A DNA stretch of 32,000 nt from Candidatus Saccharimonadota bacterium. Lineage in GTDB: Bacteria; Bacteroidota; Bacteroidia; Flavobacteriales; Blattabacteriaceae. The notes under the pieces were generated by a model, which saw only the letters and a list, made by a program, of their open reading frames with translations, did not search any database and was not told the origin of the DNA. The position numbers and the translations under genes were made by a program. Below are positions 9,024-17,757 of this stretch, one piece after another. How positions within the stretch are numbered: position 1 is the stretch's first letter; every line of letters begins with the position of its first letter. The stretch is taken from the NCBI RefSeq assembly GCF_014251775.1, contig NZ_CP059199.1, positions 1-32,000 on the forward strand. Reading direction: 5' to 3'.

Positions 9024-10567
9024 TTTATTATATTTTTATTAATTATAAATTTATATATCAATAAATATAAAATAATTATAATTGTAATAACAAAACATAT
9101 TCTATATAATAAATCTCCATTTCTTATATAAAATGTTTGTTTAGAATTAGAATATATTTTTTGATATAAAACTCCATGTTTCCCATAAGGTAAAAATGAT
9201 TTTATATTTCCTTTTTCATCAATAAAACAAGATATTCCAGTATTAGATGATCTAGCAATATATTTTCGGGTTTCAATGGCTCTAAGACGTGAATAATATA
9301 AATGTTGTTTATATCCTTCTGATTTACCCCACCATCCATCATTAGTAATGATTACCATTAAATTTGCATTTTTTTTGCAAAAATTAGATACATATTCTCC
9401 AAATACTGATTCATAACATATAATAGGCGCTATATTAAAATGAAAATGTTTGAATAAAACTATATTTAGTTTTCCTAATTCTATAATATTTCCACCAAAA
9501 TCAAGTAACATATTTCCTAATATAGGATATAAAATATTTTTATATGGAAAATTTTCTCCACCTGGAACTAATTTATATTTATGATGATAATAAATATGTT
9601 TACTATCTGTTTTTATTTGAATTATAGAATTATAAAATTTTTTCTTTTTATGTAAAGTCGTTAATTCTACTCCAGTTATAAATATAGTTTTAGGAGATTT
9701 TTTTTTCAAAAAATTTCTTAATTGATTAATAACTTCATTATCATTTATATCTAAATAATTAGAATTAGATATAGCTTTATTTTCTGATAATGAAAATAAA
9801 GTTTCAGGAGCAACCACTAATAAAGGTTTTTTAATAATTTTTTTATTAATTAACGTTTTTAATTCATATATTATTTTTTTTGTAGACATTTTTTTACTAT
9901 ATGGATCAATATTAGGTTGTAACAACAATGTTGTTACAACATAATCTCGTTTTATTATTAGATTATTATAAATTACAATTGATATAAAAATCATTAATAT
10001 GATATTCATAACATTTATTAAACAATTTTTATATAAAACAATTATATTTTTATTTTTTTTATATCTAATTATAGATTTTATTATTCCAATATTTACTATC
10101 CATATCCAAATAGTTCCACCTAATGTTCCAGTATATTCATACCACTGAATCCATTTTATCTGGTTAGAGAATCCATTTCCTAAATTTAACCATGGCCAAG
10201 ATAATTCCCATTCTAAATGAAGTTTTTCAAATAAAATCCAAAAACAAATTAAAAAAATATATCCAATATCTCTATTATCCAAATTTTTTTTTATGTATGA
10301 ATAAATAATAAAAATAATGGACATAAAAAGAGAATTAAATAATATGGGAATTAAAAATGCCTCAATTGCATAACTTCCATCAGGCCTTTTTGCATAACTT
10401 AACCACCATGTGGTTGTAGAGTTCCATATTAAAAATGAAATAAAAGAAAATAAAAAAATATAACGAAAATTATTTTTTTTACTCAAAAATTCTTCTACAT
10501 ATAATAACGGAACAAAAGATATAAATAAAAATAACGGATTCCCATTGGTTGGCCAACCAAAATACAA
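9020..10567 (-). CDS. lnt: Apolipoprotein N-acyltransferase
   Basis: 515-aa ORF with a polytopic membrane N-terminal half and a CN-hydrolase domain. The Glu-Lys-Cys triad contexts are VVAPETLF, KYKLVPGGENFP and IICYESVF. The listed start is a TTG at 10567. The frame stays open upstream to 10626, directly after the in-frame stop at 10627-10629, so the true start may be an ATA at 10612 (see findings). Confidence 0.85.
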   Translation of the reverse strand: MYFGWPTNGNPLFLFISFVPLLYVEEFLSKKNNFRYIFLFSFISFLIWNSTTTWWLSYAKRPDGSYAIEAFLIPILFNSLFMSIIFIIYSYIKKNLDNRDIGYIFLICFWILFEKLHLEWELSWPWLNLGNGFSNQIKWIQWYEYTGTLGGTIWIWIVNIGIIKSIIRYKKNKNIIVLYKNCLINVMNIILMIFISIVIYNNLIIKRDYVVTTLLLQPNIDPYSKKMSTKKIIYELKTLINKKIIKKPLLVVAPETLFSLSENKAISNSNYLDINDNEVINQLRNFLKKKSPKTIFITGVELTTLHKKKKFYNSIIQIKTDSKHIYYHHKYKLVPGGENFPYKNILYPILGNMLLDFGGNIIELGKLNIVLFKHFHFNIAPIICYESVFGEYVSNFCKKNANLMVIITNDGWWGKSEGYKQHLYYSRLRAIETRKYIARSSNTGISCFIDEKGNIKSFLPYGKHGVLYQKIYSNSKQTFYIRNGDLLYRICFVITIIIILYLLIYKFIINKNIIN

Positions 10568-10653
10568 TAGAATTCCAGATAATATACTATATAAAAAAAA
10601 TTGTGTATTTATTTTCTTTCTTTTCTAAGATCTAATATAAAAAAATTATAAAA

Positions 10654-11069
10654 TGGAGTTGGCGGGATTCGAACCCGCGTCCAAACAACTACAATAAAAG
10701 ATTTCTACATATTTATCCAAAAAATTTAATAATTCAATTTATATCCGGTTTTTGGATTCCAAATATAAATTTAAGATTCAAAAAAAATTCAGAAAATATT
10801 AGAATCATCAATTTTCTCATTCCTTAAAACATTATGATAGTATCTTAATTATTTCAAGAATTATAAGGAAAAAATTCTTGATTTAAGACATTTTGCTACC
10901 CAAATAATGAGTTTTATAGCTTAATTAAAAAAAACTAAGCAGCAAAAGCGTATTTTTCTTCGCCTTTTATATTTTTGTAACGATGATTTTACGTGCGAAT
11001 CATTACTATAAACACGATATGCTTACTTTTATTGAATAAAATTGCTGTCAATAACCATAAAACAACCCC
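10654..11069 (-). ncRNA. ssrA: tmRNA (SsrA), one-piece, about 416 nt without CCA
   Basis: On the minus strand the 5' end reads GGGGTTGTTTTATGGTTATTGACAGC. The 3' end reads TTGGACGCGGGTTCGAATCCCGCCAACTCCA, which gives the T-arm and acceptor. Acceptor pairing GGGGUUG/CAACUCC contains the G3:U70 alanine identity pair. An internal tag frame at 10935-10964 reads GGC GAA GAA AAA TAC GCT TTT GCT GCT TAG = GEEKYAFAA*. The terminal CCA is not encoded. Confidence 0.93.
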
Positions 11070-11128
11070 TTATATTTTTTATTTTAAATGAAAGACTGTA
11101 ATATAATATTTTTTTTTGAAAAAAAAAA

Positions 11129-12388
11129 TTATAATCTATAATTAGATTGATTAAATGCATCTATTCTAAGAAATAAAAAAAATAATATAGTAAAAGATAA
11201 AAAAGATGATCCACCATAACTAAAAAATGGCAGAACGATTCCTATTGTAGGAAATAACCCCATTGCCATTCCTAGATTTATAAAGAAATGAATAAGTATA
11301 ATATTTCCTACTGAATATCCCAAAATTCTTCCAAAAGGATCTTTTTGTTTTTCAGATAAAAAGTAAATCCTACCAATAAATAATAAATAAAAAATTATTA
11401 AAATAACACTACCCAAAAAACCCCATTCTTCACCGACTGTACAAAAAATATAATCAGTATGTTGTTCTGGAACAAACCTACCCTTAGTCAATGTTCCCTT
11501 ATGAAATCCTTTTCCAAAAATTTTTCCAGATCCAATAGCAGTTTTAGAATATAATAAATTATATCCTATATCATTTCTATATTTTTTATCAAATTCATTT
11601 TGAAATAAAATACTTATTCTATTTATATGATGTGGTTTTAATACTTTTTTTAAAATAAATGGAGAAATAACGGAAAAAGAAGAAAAAATTATAAATAAAA
11701 TTATGTAATAAAAATAATCAAAAATTTTTTTTTTTTTTTTCGTTATAAAAATAATAAATAAAAATAAAAATAAAAATGAAATAATTATAGAATATGATAT
11801 TTTTAATAGAGGAAGTATAAATAACAATATGAAAAAAATACAATATAATATAAATATTATTGATAATCCTTCTCTATACAAAGTCAAAAAAAAAGAAGAA
11901 AAAATTATAGAAGAACCAGGATCAGGTTGCTTAAATATTAAAAATGAAGGTAAAATAAGTATTAATAAAATAATAAAAAAAATTTTTCTATTGTTTAAAC
12001 TATACTTATTCAATAAGTTAGCAATAACTAAAGATGTAGATATTTTAGCTAATTCAGATGGTTGAAAATTTATAGGACCTATTATATACCAAGATTTCGA
12101 TCCATTAATTTCTTTTCCAAAAAAGAAAACTCCTATTAGTAATAATAAAGTTATTATAAAAAATAATATAGAAAAATTTTTATAATAAATGGGTTTAAAT
12201 GAAAAAATAATTAATATAGAAATAAAACTAATAAATATCCATATTAATTGTTTTTCCGCTTTTTCAATAGAAACAGAATATAAATTTATATAACCAAAAA
12301 ATGTTATTATGAAATATATTATTATAATAAACCAATCTATATTATTAATATAATTTCTCCTTCTTCTTATTAAAAGAATTTTTTCCAT
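11129..12388 (-). CDS. rodA: Rod shape-determining SEDS-family peptidoglycan polymerase RodA
   Basis: 419-aa polytopic membrane ORF with FtsW/RodA-type motif NFQPSELAKIS and a C-terminal GLFPTIGIVLPFFSYGGSS. It lies directly downstream of mrdA, and its start overlaps the mrdA 3' end by 44 nt. Confidence 0.9.
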   Translation of the reverse strand: MEKILLIRRRRNYINNIDWFIIIIYFIITFFGYINLYSVSIEKAEKQLIWIFISFISILIIFSFKPIYYKNFSILFFIITLLLLIGVFFFGKEINGSKSWYIIGPINFQPSELAKISTSLVIANLLNKYSLNNRKIFFIILLILILPSFLIFKQPDPGSSIIFSSFFLTLYREGLSIIFILYCIFFILLFILPLLKISYSIIISFLFLFLFIIFITKKKKKIFDYFYYIILFIIFSSFSVISPFILKKVLKPHHINRISILFQNEFDKKYRNDIGYNLLYSKTAIGSGKIFGKGFHKGTLTKGRFVPEQHTDYIFCTVGEEWGFLGSVILIIFYLLFIGRIYFLSEKQKDPFGRILGYSVGNIILIHFFINLGMAMGLFPTIGIVLPFFSYGGSSFLSFTILFFLFLRIDAFNQSNYRL

Positions 12389-14255
12389 AAGAATTTTTTA
12401 ATTTTTTTATTCTAGCAATAGAATTATATATTTTTTGTAAATCCGATTTTACAATTTTTTCTTCCAAATTTTTTCTGTTTATATTATGATTGATATATTG
12501 CTCAGCAACAAGACTGGCTAATGGTCCGGCAATATTTGATCCAAAACCACCATTTTCTATAACTACAGAAATTGCTATTTTAGGATGTTCTACAGGGGCA
12601 AATAAAATAAAAATTGAATGATCAGGAAGAGATATCATTTTCTTGTTAAAATAAATAAAATTTTGAGAAGTACCTGTTTTTCCGGCCATTCTAATACTAG
12701 GATATTTAAAACTCCTTCCAGTTCCAATTAAAAATACCTTTTCCATTCCATTAATTATGGAATTAAAATATTTATTGTTTTTCACTTTAGTGTATTTTGC
12801 TTTTTTATAAAAAGATGTTAAATTTTTATCTATACTTCTTACAATATGAGGAGTATAGAAAAAACCTTTATTTGCCATTATACAAGATAAATTGGCTAAT
12901 TGAATAGGAGTTACGTTTATTTCACCTTGTCCAATACTATTGGAGATAATAGTCATAGCATTCCATTTTTTTTCTCCATATTTCTTGTTATAATAATCTC
13001 CAGTAGGGATTATACCTTTTTCTTTAGAAGTTAAATCGTTAGAAAAATTTTTTCCAAAACCAAAACTTTTAACAATGTCACTCCATTCATTAACACTTTT
13101 TGTTAAATTTTTAGGATATTTTTCTATGATACGTTTATAAACTTGTGCAAAATAATTATTACAAGAAACAGCTATTGCAGTTTTTATATCAATAGGAATC
13201 CCATGAATTCTAGATTTACAACGAATTCTTTTTTTACCATATCTAAAACCATTATGACATGAAAAATGCGTTTTATCATTAATAACACCCATATGTAATC
13301 CAGATAATCCTACTAATAATTTAAATGTAGAAGCCGGAGAATATTTAGCTTGTGTAGCCCTATCTAATAATGGTTTATCTACATCTTTTATTAATTTTTT
13401 AAATTCTTTAGATCTATTTTTTCCTACAAATAAATTGGGATCACTTACAGGACTAGAAACTAAAGATAATATTTCACCATTATTTGGATCTATAGCGACT
13501 ACCGCACCCTTTTTATGAATCATAAGTTTTTCCACATATTTTTGTAAATCCCAATCTATAGTCAAATAAATATCACTACCACTCACAGCTTTAATATTAT
13601 TCTTTTGATGGTTATAACTATCTATAATAACTCCATTTCTATCCCTTAACCAATATTTTATGCCTTTTTTACCTCTTAAAATTTTCTCATAATATTTTTC
13701 AACCCCTGTCCAACCAATAAAATCTCCTATTTGATAATAATTGGATTCTCTTTTTATATCTTTTTTAGTAACTTCCCCGGTATATCCTAAAACATTAATA
13801 GAACTTTCTACTTTATAATCTCTAATAGAACGTTTGGTCCAATCAAATCCTTTATATTTGTATAATTTTTCTTGTATAGATGCAAATTTTTCTTTTGGAA
13901 TAAGAGGTATAAATATAGAAGGTAAATATTTTGAATAAGATCTAGCTTTTTCTAAATTTTTAAAAAAAGTACTTTTTTCAATACCTACTAGATTACAAAA
14001 TTCTTTAACATTAAAATTTTTCTCTAGGAGTATTGGAATCACTATTAACTCATAAATTGGTTTATTAAATACCAATAATTTTTTATTTCTATCGAAAATA
14101 AAACCTCTATCTGGAATAATAATTTCTTTCTTTATAGAAGTATTATAAGCATTTAATATATATTTATCTGTATATATTTGTATATAGAATAATCTCATTG
14201 TAAAAATTAAACCTATAACACTTAATAATAGATAAAATTTAAATAAGTACTTCAA
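12345..14255 (-). CDS. mrdA: Penicillin-binding protein 2 (elongasome transpeptidase)
   Basis: 636-aa ORF with an N-terminal TM anchor. Transpeptidase motifs are SxxK (STFK), SxN (SCN) and KTG (GKTGTS). It sits between mreD and rodA. Confidence 0.92.
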   Translation of the reverse strand: MKYLFKFYLLLSVIGLIFTMRLFYIQIYTDKYILNAYNTSIKKEIIIPDRGFIFDRNKKLLVFNKPIYELIVIPILLEKNFNVKEFCNLVGIEKSTFFKNLEKARSYSKYLPSIFIPLIPKEKFASIQEKLYKYKGFDWTKRSIRDYKVESSINVLGYTGEVTKKDIKRESNYYQIGDFIGWTGVEKYYEKILRGKKGIKYWLRDRNGVIIDSYNHQKNNIKAVSGSDIYLTIDWDLQKYVEKLMIHKKGAVVAIDPNNGEILSLVSSPVSDPNLFVGKNRSKEFKKLIKDVDKPLLDRATQAKYSPASTFKLLVGLSGLHMGVINDKTHFSCHNGFRYGKKRIRCKSRIHGIPIDIKTAIAVSCNNYFAQVYKRIIEKYPKNLTKSVNEWSDIVKSFGFGKNFSNDLTSKEKGIIPTGDYYNKKYGEKKWNAMTIISNSIGQGEINVTPIQLANLSCIMANKGFFYTPHIVRSIDKNLTSFYKKAKYTKVKNNKYFNSIINGMEKVFLIGTGRSFKYPSIRMAGKTGTSQNFIYFNKKMISLPDHSIFILFAPVEHPKIAISVVIENGGFGSNIAGPLASLVAEQYINHNINRKNLEEKIVKSDLQKIYNSIARIKKLKNSYGKNSFNKKKEKLY

Positions 14256-14258
14256 TTT

Positions 14259-14762
14259 TTAATTTTTTCTAAAGAAAAAATATATAATACATAAAATAGC
14301 TGTAAAAATACTATTGGATAATCTTTTTAAAAAAAAAATTTTATTAAAAATTGCTGATTCATTCAATAATTCTAATATTAATAATGACATATCATGCATT
14401 ATAATTAATGAAAAAATATAAAAAAATTTTTTCAAAAATGATAAATTATAAATAGAAAATCTATTACTATTTAAACAATTTTTTCCATCAAAAAAAATTA
14501 GAATATCTAATCGTATAAACGCCAATAATGTTGTAGAAAACATATGTATTCCTATTGTATTCATAAAACAATCGATAAAAAATCCAATGAAAGATGAAAA
14601 TATTAGAAATATATATTTATTCCATTTATATGGATAAGTTAATATAAAAATTATAGATATACATTCATTTAAAAATATAGGATATTCAAAAAATAATATT
14701 TGAATTAAAACAAGAAAAAAAATATAAATTGTTAAAATAAAAATATTTTTAATAATATTCAT
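14259..14762 (-). CDS. mreD: Rod shape-determining protein MreD
   Basis: 167-aa highly hydrophobic multi-TM ORF in the canonical position between mreC and mrdA. The call rests mostly on synteny and topology. Confidence 0.72.
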   Translation of the reverse strand: MNIIKNIFILTIYIFFLVLIQILFFEYPIFLNECISIIFILTYPYKWNKYIFLIFSSFIGFFIDCFMNTIGIHMFSTTLLAFIRLDILIFFDGKNCLNSNRFSIYNLSFLKKFFYIFSLIIMHDMSLLILELLNESAIFNKIFFLKRLSNSIFTAILCIIYFFFRKN

Positions 14763-14770
14763 TTATTGTA

Positions 14771-15583
14771 TTAATCCGAATCTTTATTAAGATCGTCCCA
14801 TTCTTTTTTTAATAGATTTTTAACAAGATAAGCATTTCTAATAGTAGAAAAATCGGAAAATATTTTAACTTTTACTATAAAATTTGCTTTTCCATCATCT
14901 AACTTATAAGAATAAACTCTTCCAATAGGAATTCCTTCTGGAAAAGTAGAAGATTTACCATCAGTTTCTACAATATCTCCTATTTTTATAGAAGAATATT
15001 TAGGAATGTCATATAAAATTAAATATTTATAATCATTACCATCCCAAGTTAAAGTTCCAAAATTTTTATCTCTTTTTAATCTAACATTTAATTTTATTTT
15101 TAAATTAAGTAAAGAAATAGCAGTGCTAAAATTAGGCGTAGTTTTTACTATTATCCCTGCAATTCCATTAGGTAATATTAATCCCATATCTACTTTAACT
15201 CCATCTAATTCACCCTTATTTATAATCATATAATTTTCTTGTTTATGAATATTATTATTTATAATTTGTACTGGTGTATAGGTATACTGTTGTAAATATT
15301 CTTCATTTACTTTTGTGTAATCATTAGATATTTTTGTTATTTTAGAAAAAATACTTTCACGATGTAACCTTTTATTTTCTTCTAAAAGTTGTTTATTTTC
15401 TGTTTCTAATAGAAAATATTTTTTTAATTCATAAATAGTTTCATAAATTTTTCCAAATAAAAAATTTGAACCATCACAAACAAATTTTTGATTAGAAAAA
15501 GTAAAATATATCGCTATAAACTCTAATATAAAAAATAGAATAATAAATTTATACTTAAAAAAAATATTAGAAGAATTGCACAT
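14771..15583 (-). CDS. mreC: Rod shape-determining protein MreC
   Basis: 270-aa ORF with an N-terminal TM segment, a coiled-coil segment (LLETENKQLLEENKRL) and a beta-rich C-terminal domain (GIAGIIVKTTPNFSTAISLLN). It lies directly downstream of mreB. Confidence 0.87.
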   Translation of the reverse strand: MCNSSNIFFKYKFIILFFILEFIAIYFTFSNQKFVCDGSNFLFGKIYETIYELKKYFLLETENKQLLEENKRLHRESIFSKITKISNDYTKVNEEYLQQYTYTPVQIINNNIHKQENYMIINKGELDGVKVDMGLILPNGIAGIIVKTTPNFSTAISLLNLKIKLNVRLKRDKNFGTLTWDGNDYKYLILYDIPKYSSIKIGDIVETDGKSSTFPEGIPIGRVYSYKLDDGKANFIVKVKIFSDFSTIRNAYLVKNLLKKEWDDLNKDSD

Positions 15584-15604
15584 ATTAATAAAGAAATTAA
15601 TTAA

Positions 15605-16645
15605 TTATTTCATTAAAAAAGTAAATTTATCAATATTTTTTAACGCTACTCCTGTCCCTTTTACTACAGATCTTAATGGATCTTCAACTAAAAAAACAGA
15701 TAAACCGGTTTTATTAGATATTCTTGTATCTAATCCTCTCAATAAAGCTCCTCCTCCAGCCATATAAATTCCAGTTTTATAAATATCTGCTGCTAATTCT
15801 GGGGGAGTTTTAGACAATGTCTCCATAACAGCATCTTCAATCCTTAAAATTGACTTATCAAGTGCTGGGATCGTTTCTTTATAAGAAATATTCATTTCTT
15901 TAGGTTTTCCAGTGGTTAAATCTATTCCTCTTATATGAATATCTTCAGGAATAGGATCAATAGAATCCATTACGGCTCCTATTTTTATTTTAATTCTTTC
16001 AGCGGTCCTTTCCCCTATATATAAATTATATTTACTACGTAAAAAATATGCTATATCATTATTAAAAACATCCCCGGCAATTTTTATCGATTTTCTACAT
16101 ACTATTCCACCTAAAGCGATTACTCCACATTCTGTGGTTCCACCACCTATATCAATAATCATATTCCCTTCTGCTTTAGTTACTGATATTCCAGAACCAA
16201 TAGCGGCTGCCATTGGTTCTTCTATTAAATAAACTTCTTTAGCATTTAAATGTTGAGCAGAATCTTTAACTGCTCTTTTTTCTACCTCTGTGATACCAGA
16301 TGGAATACAAATAACCATAGTTAATGATGGTGTAAAAATTTTATTGTTTATTCCGGGAATTTTTTTTATAAATTCTTTTATCATTAATTCTGCTATTTGA
16401 TAATCTGCAATCACTCCATCTTTTAACGGTTTATATATTTTAATACTTTCATGTGTTTTACCTTGCATTTGTTTTGCTTCTTCTCCCACTGCTAAAATTC
16501 TTTTTGTTCTAACATCTATAGCAATTATTGAAGGTAAATCAACTACCACCTTATCATCATACATTATTAGTGTATTTGCAGTTCCTAAATCTATTGCTAT
16601 TCCTTGAGAAAAAAAATTCTTCATAAAATTTATAGCTAATTCCAT
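15605..16645 (-). CDS. mreB: Actin-like rod shape-determining protein MreB
   Basis: 346-aa ORF with actin-fold ATPase motifs IAIDLGTANT, IDIGGGTTE and GIYMAGGGALLRGLD. The true start may be the internal Met at 16624 (MKNFFSQGIAIDLG). Confidence 0.96.
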   Translation of the reverse strand: MELAINFMKNFFSQGIAIDLGTANTLIMYDDKVVVDLPSIIAIDVRTKRILAVGEEAKQMQGKTHESIKIYKPLKDGVIADYQIAELMIKEFIKKIPGINNKIFTPSLTMVICIPSGITEVEKRAVKDSAQHLNAKEVYLIEEPMAAAIGSGISVTKAEGNMIIDIGGGTTECGVIALGGIVCRKSIKIAGDVFNNDIAYFLRSKYNLYIGERTAERIKIKIGAVMDSIDPIPEDIHIRGIDLTTGKPKEMNISYKETIPALDKSILRIEDAVMETLSKTPPELAADIYKTGIYMAGGGALLRGLDTRISNKTGLSVFLVEDPLRSVVKGTGVALKNIDKFTFLMK

Positions 16646-16738
16646 TAATATTTTTATCCTTTAATTTAAATAAAAATTATACTTTTTTAGTAATATTGTA
16701 CATTATACATTATAAAATAAATAAATTTTTTCTTTATT

Positions 16739-17239
16739 TTGAAAAAACATTTTACTTATTTATTAGCAGGAAGCAATCAAGGTGATAGAAAAAATTATAT
16801 TAATTATTCTTTAGAATTGATCTCCAAAAAAATTGGAACAATAACTAAAAAATCTTCATACTTTGAAAGTCAAGCATGGAATATGAAAAAAAACACCCCA
16901 AATTTTTTGAATAGAATTTTCCGTGTAAGTACAATTTTATCACCAATGAATTTATTGAAAATGATATTAAATATAGAATATTTAATAATCAAAAAAAAAA
17001 AAAATCCAAAAAATATTTTTTATGAAAATAGAAAAATAGATATAGATATACTATTTTATGATCAATTAATTATAAATTCAAGTAACTTGATTATTCCACA
17101 TAAGTTATTACATTTTAGGAAATTTGTACTTTTTCCAATGTGTGAAATCAATCCAAATAAATTACATCCTATATTTAATATGAATATGCTAGAAATATTA
17201 GGAACATGTTCAGATATATTATGGGTCAAAAAAATATAA
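16739..17239 (+). CDS. folK: 2-amino-4-hydroxy-6-hydroxymethyldihydropteridine pyrophosphokinase (HPPK)
   Basis: 166-aa ORF with a TTG start. The HPPK pattern is present: YLLAGSNQGDR, SSYFESQAWN, IDIDILFYD and LIIPHKLLHFRKFVLFPMCEI. Confidence 0.85.
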   Translation: MKKHFTYLLAGSNQGDRKNYINYSLELISKKIGTITKKSSYFESQAWNMKKNTPNFLNRIFRVSTILSPMNLLKMILNIEYLIIKKKKNPKNIFYENRKIDIDILFYDQLIINSSNLIIPHKLLHFRKFVLFPMCEINPNKLHPIFNMNMLEILGTCSDILWVKKI

Positions 17240-17364
17240 ATATAAAATAAAAATATTTTATAATTATTAATACAAAATAAAGAAAATATAAACAATGATA
17301 AATCATTCTAAAAATATTTAATTATATGTAAATTTAATTACGTAAAATTTAGCTATTAATAATC

Positions 17365-17757
17365 ATGAATTTTAAAAAAAATTCTATATCAAAAGATATT
17401 CCTATTCATGGGCCGTATAGTTCATATGTTTTGATAAAAAATTTCCTTTTTATATCTGGACAAATTGGAATCAATATAAAATCCGGAAAATTAATTTCTT
17501 CTTCGATTGAAAAAGAAACTACACAAATAATGTACAACATCAAAATTATACTATTAAAAAATAGGATGGATTTTGATAATATTGTTAAATCTACAATTTT
17601 TTTAAAAAAAATGGATGATTTTGATAAAGTTAACAAAGTATATTCTGAATTTTTCAGTAGAAAAAAACAATATCCTGCAAGAGAAACTGTACAAGTTTCG
17701 GGATTACCTAAAAAAGCTAATATAGAAATATCTATGATAGGTTATCATCATAATTAA
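17365..17757 (+). CDS. ridA: RidA/YjgF-family reactive intermediate (enamine/imine) deaminase
   Basis: 130-aa ORF with GPYSSYV...FISGQIG and the C-terminal PARETVQVSGLPKKANIEI typical of the YjgF/RidA family. Confidence 0.88.
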   Translation: MNFKKNSISKDIPIHGPYSSYVLIKNFLFISGQIGINIKSGKLISSSIEKETTQIMYNIKIILLKNRMDFDNIVKSTIFLKKMDDFDKVNKVYSEFFSRKKQYPARETVQVSGLPKKANIEISMIGYHHN

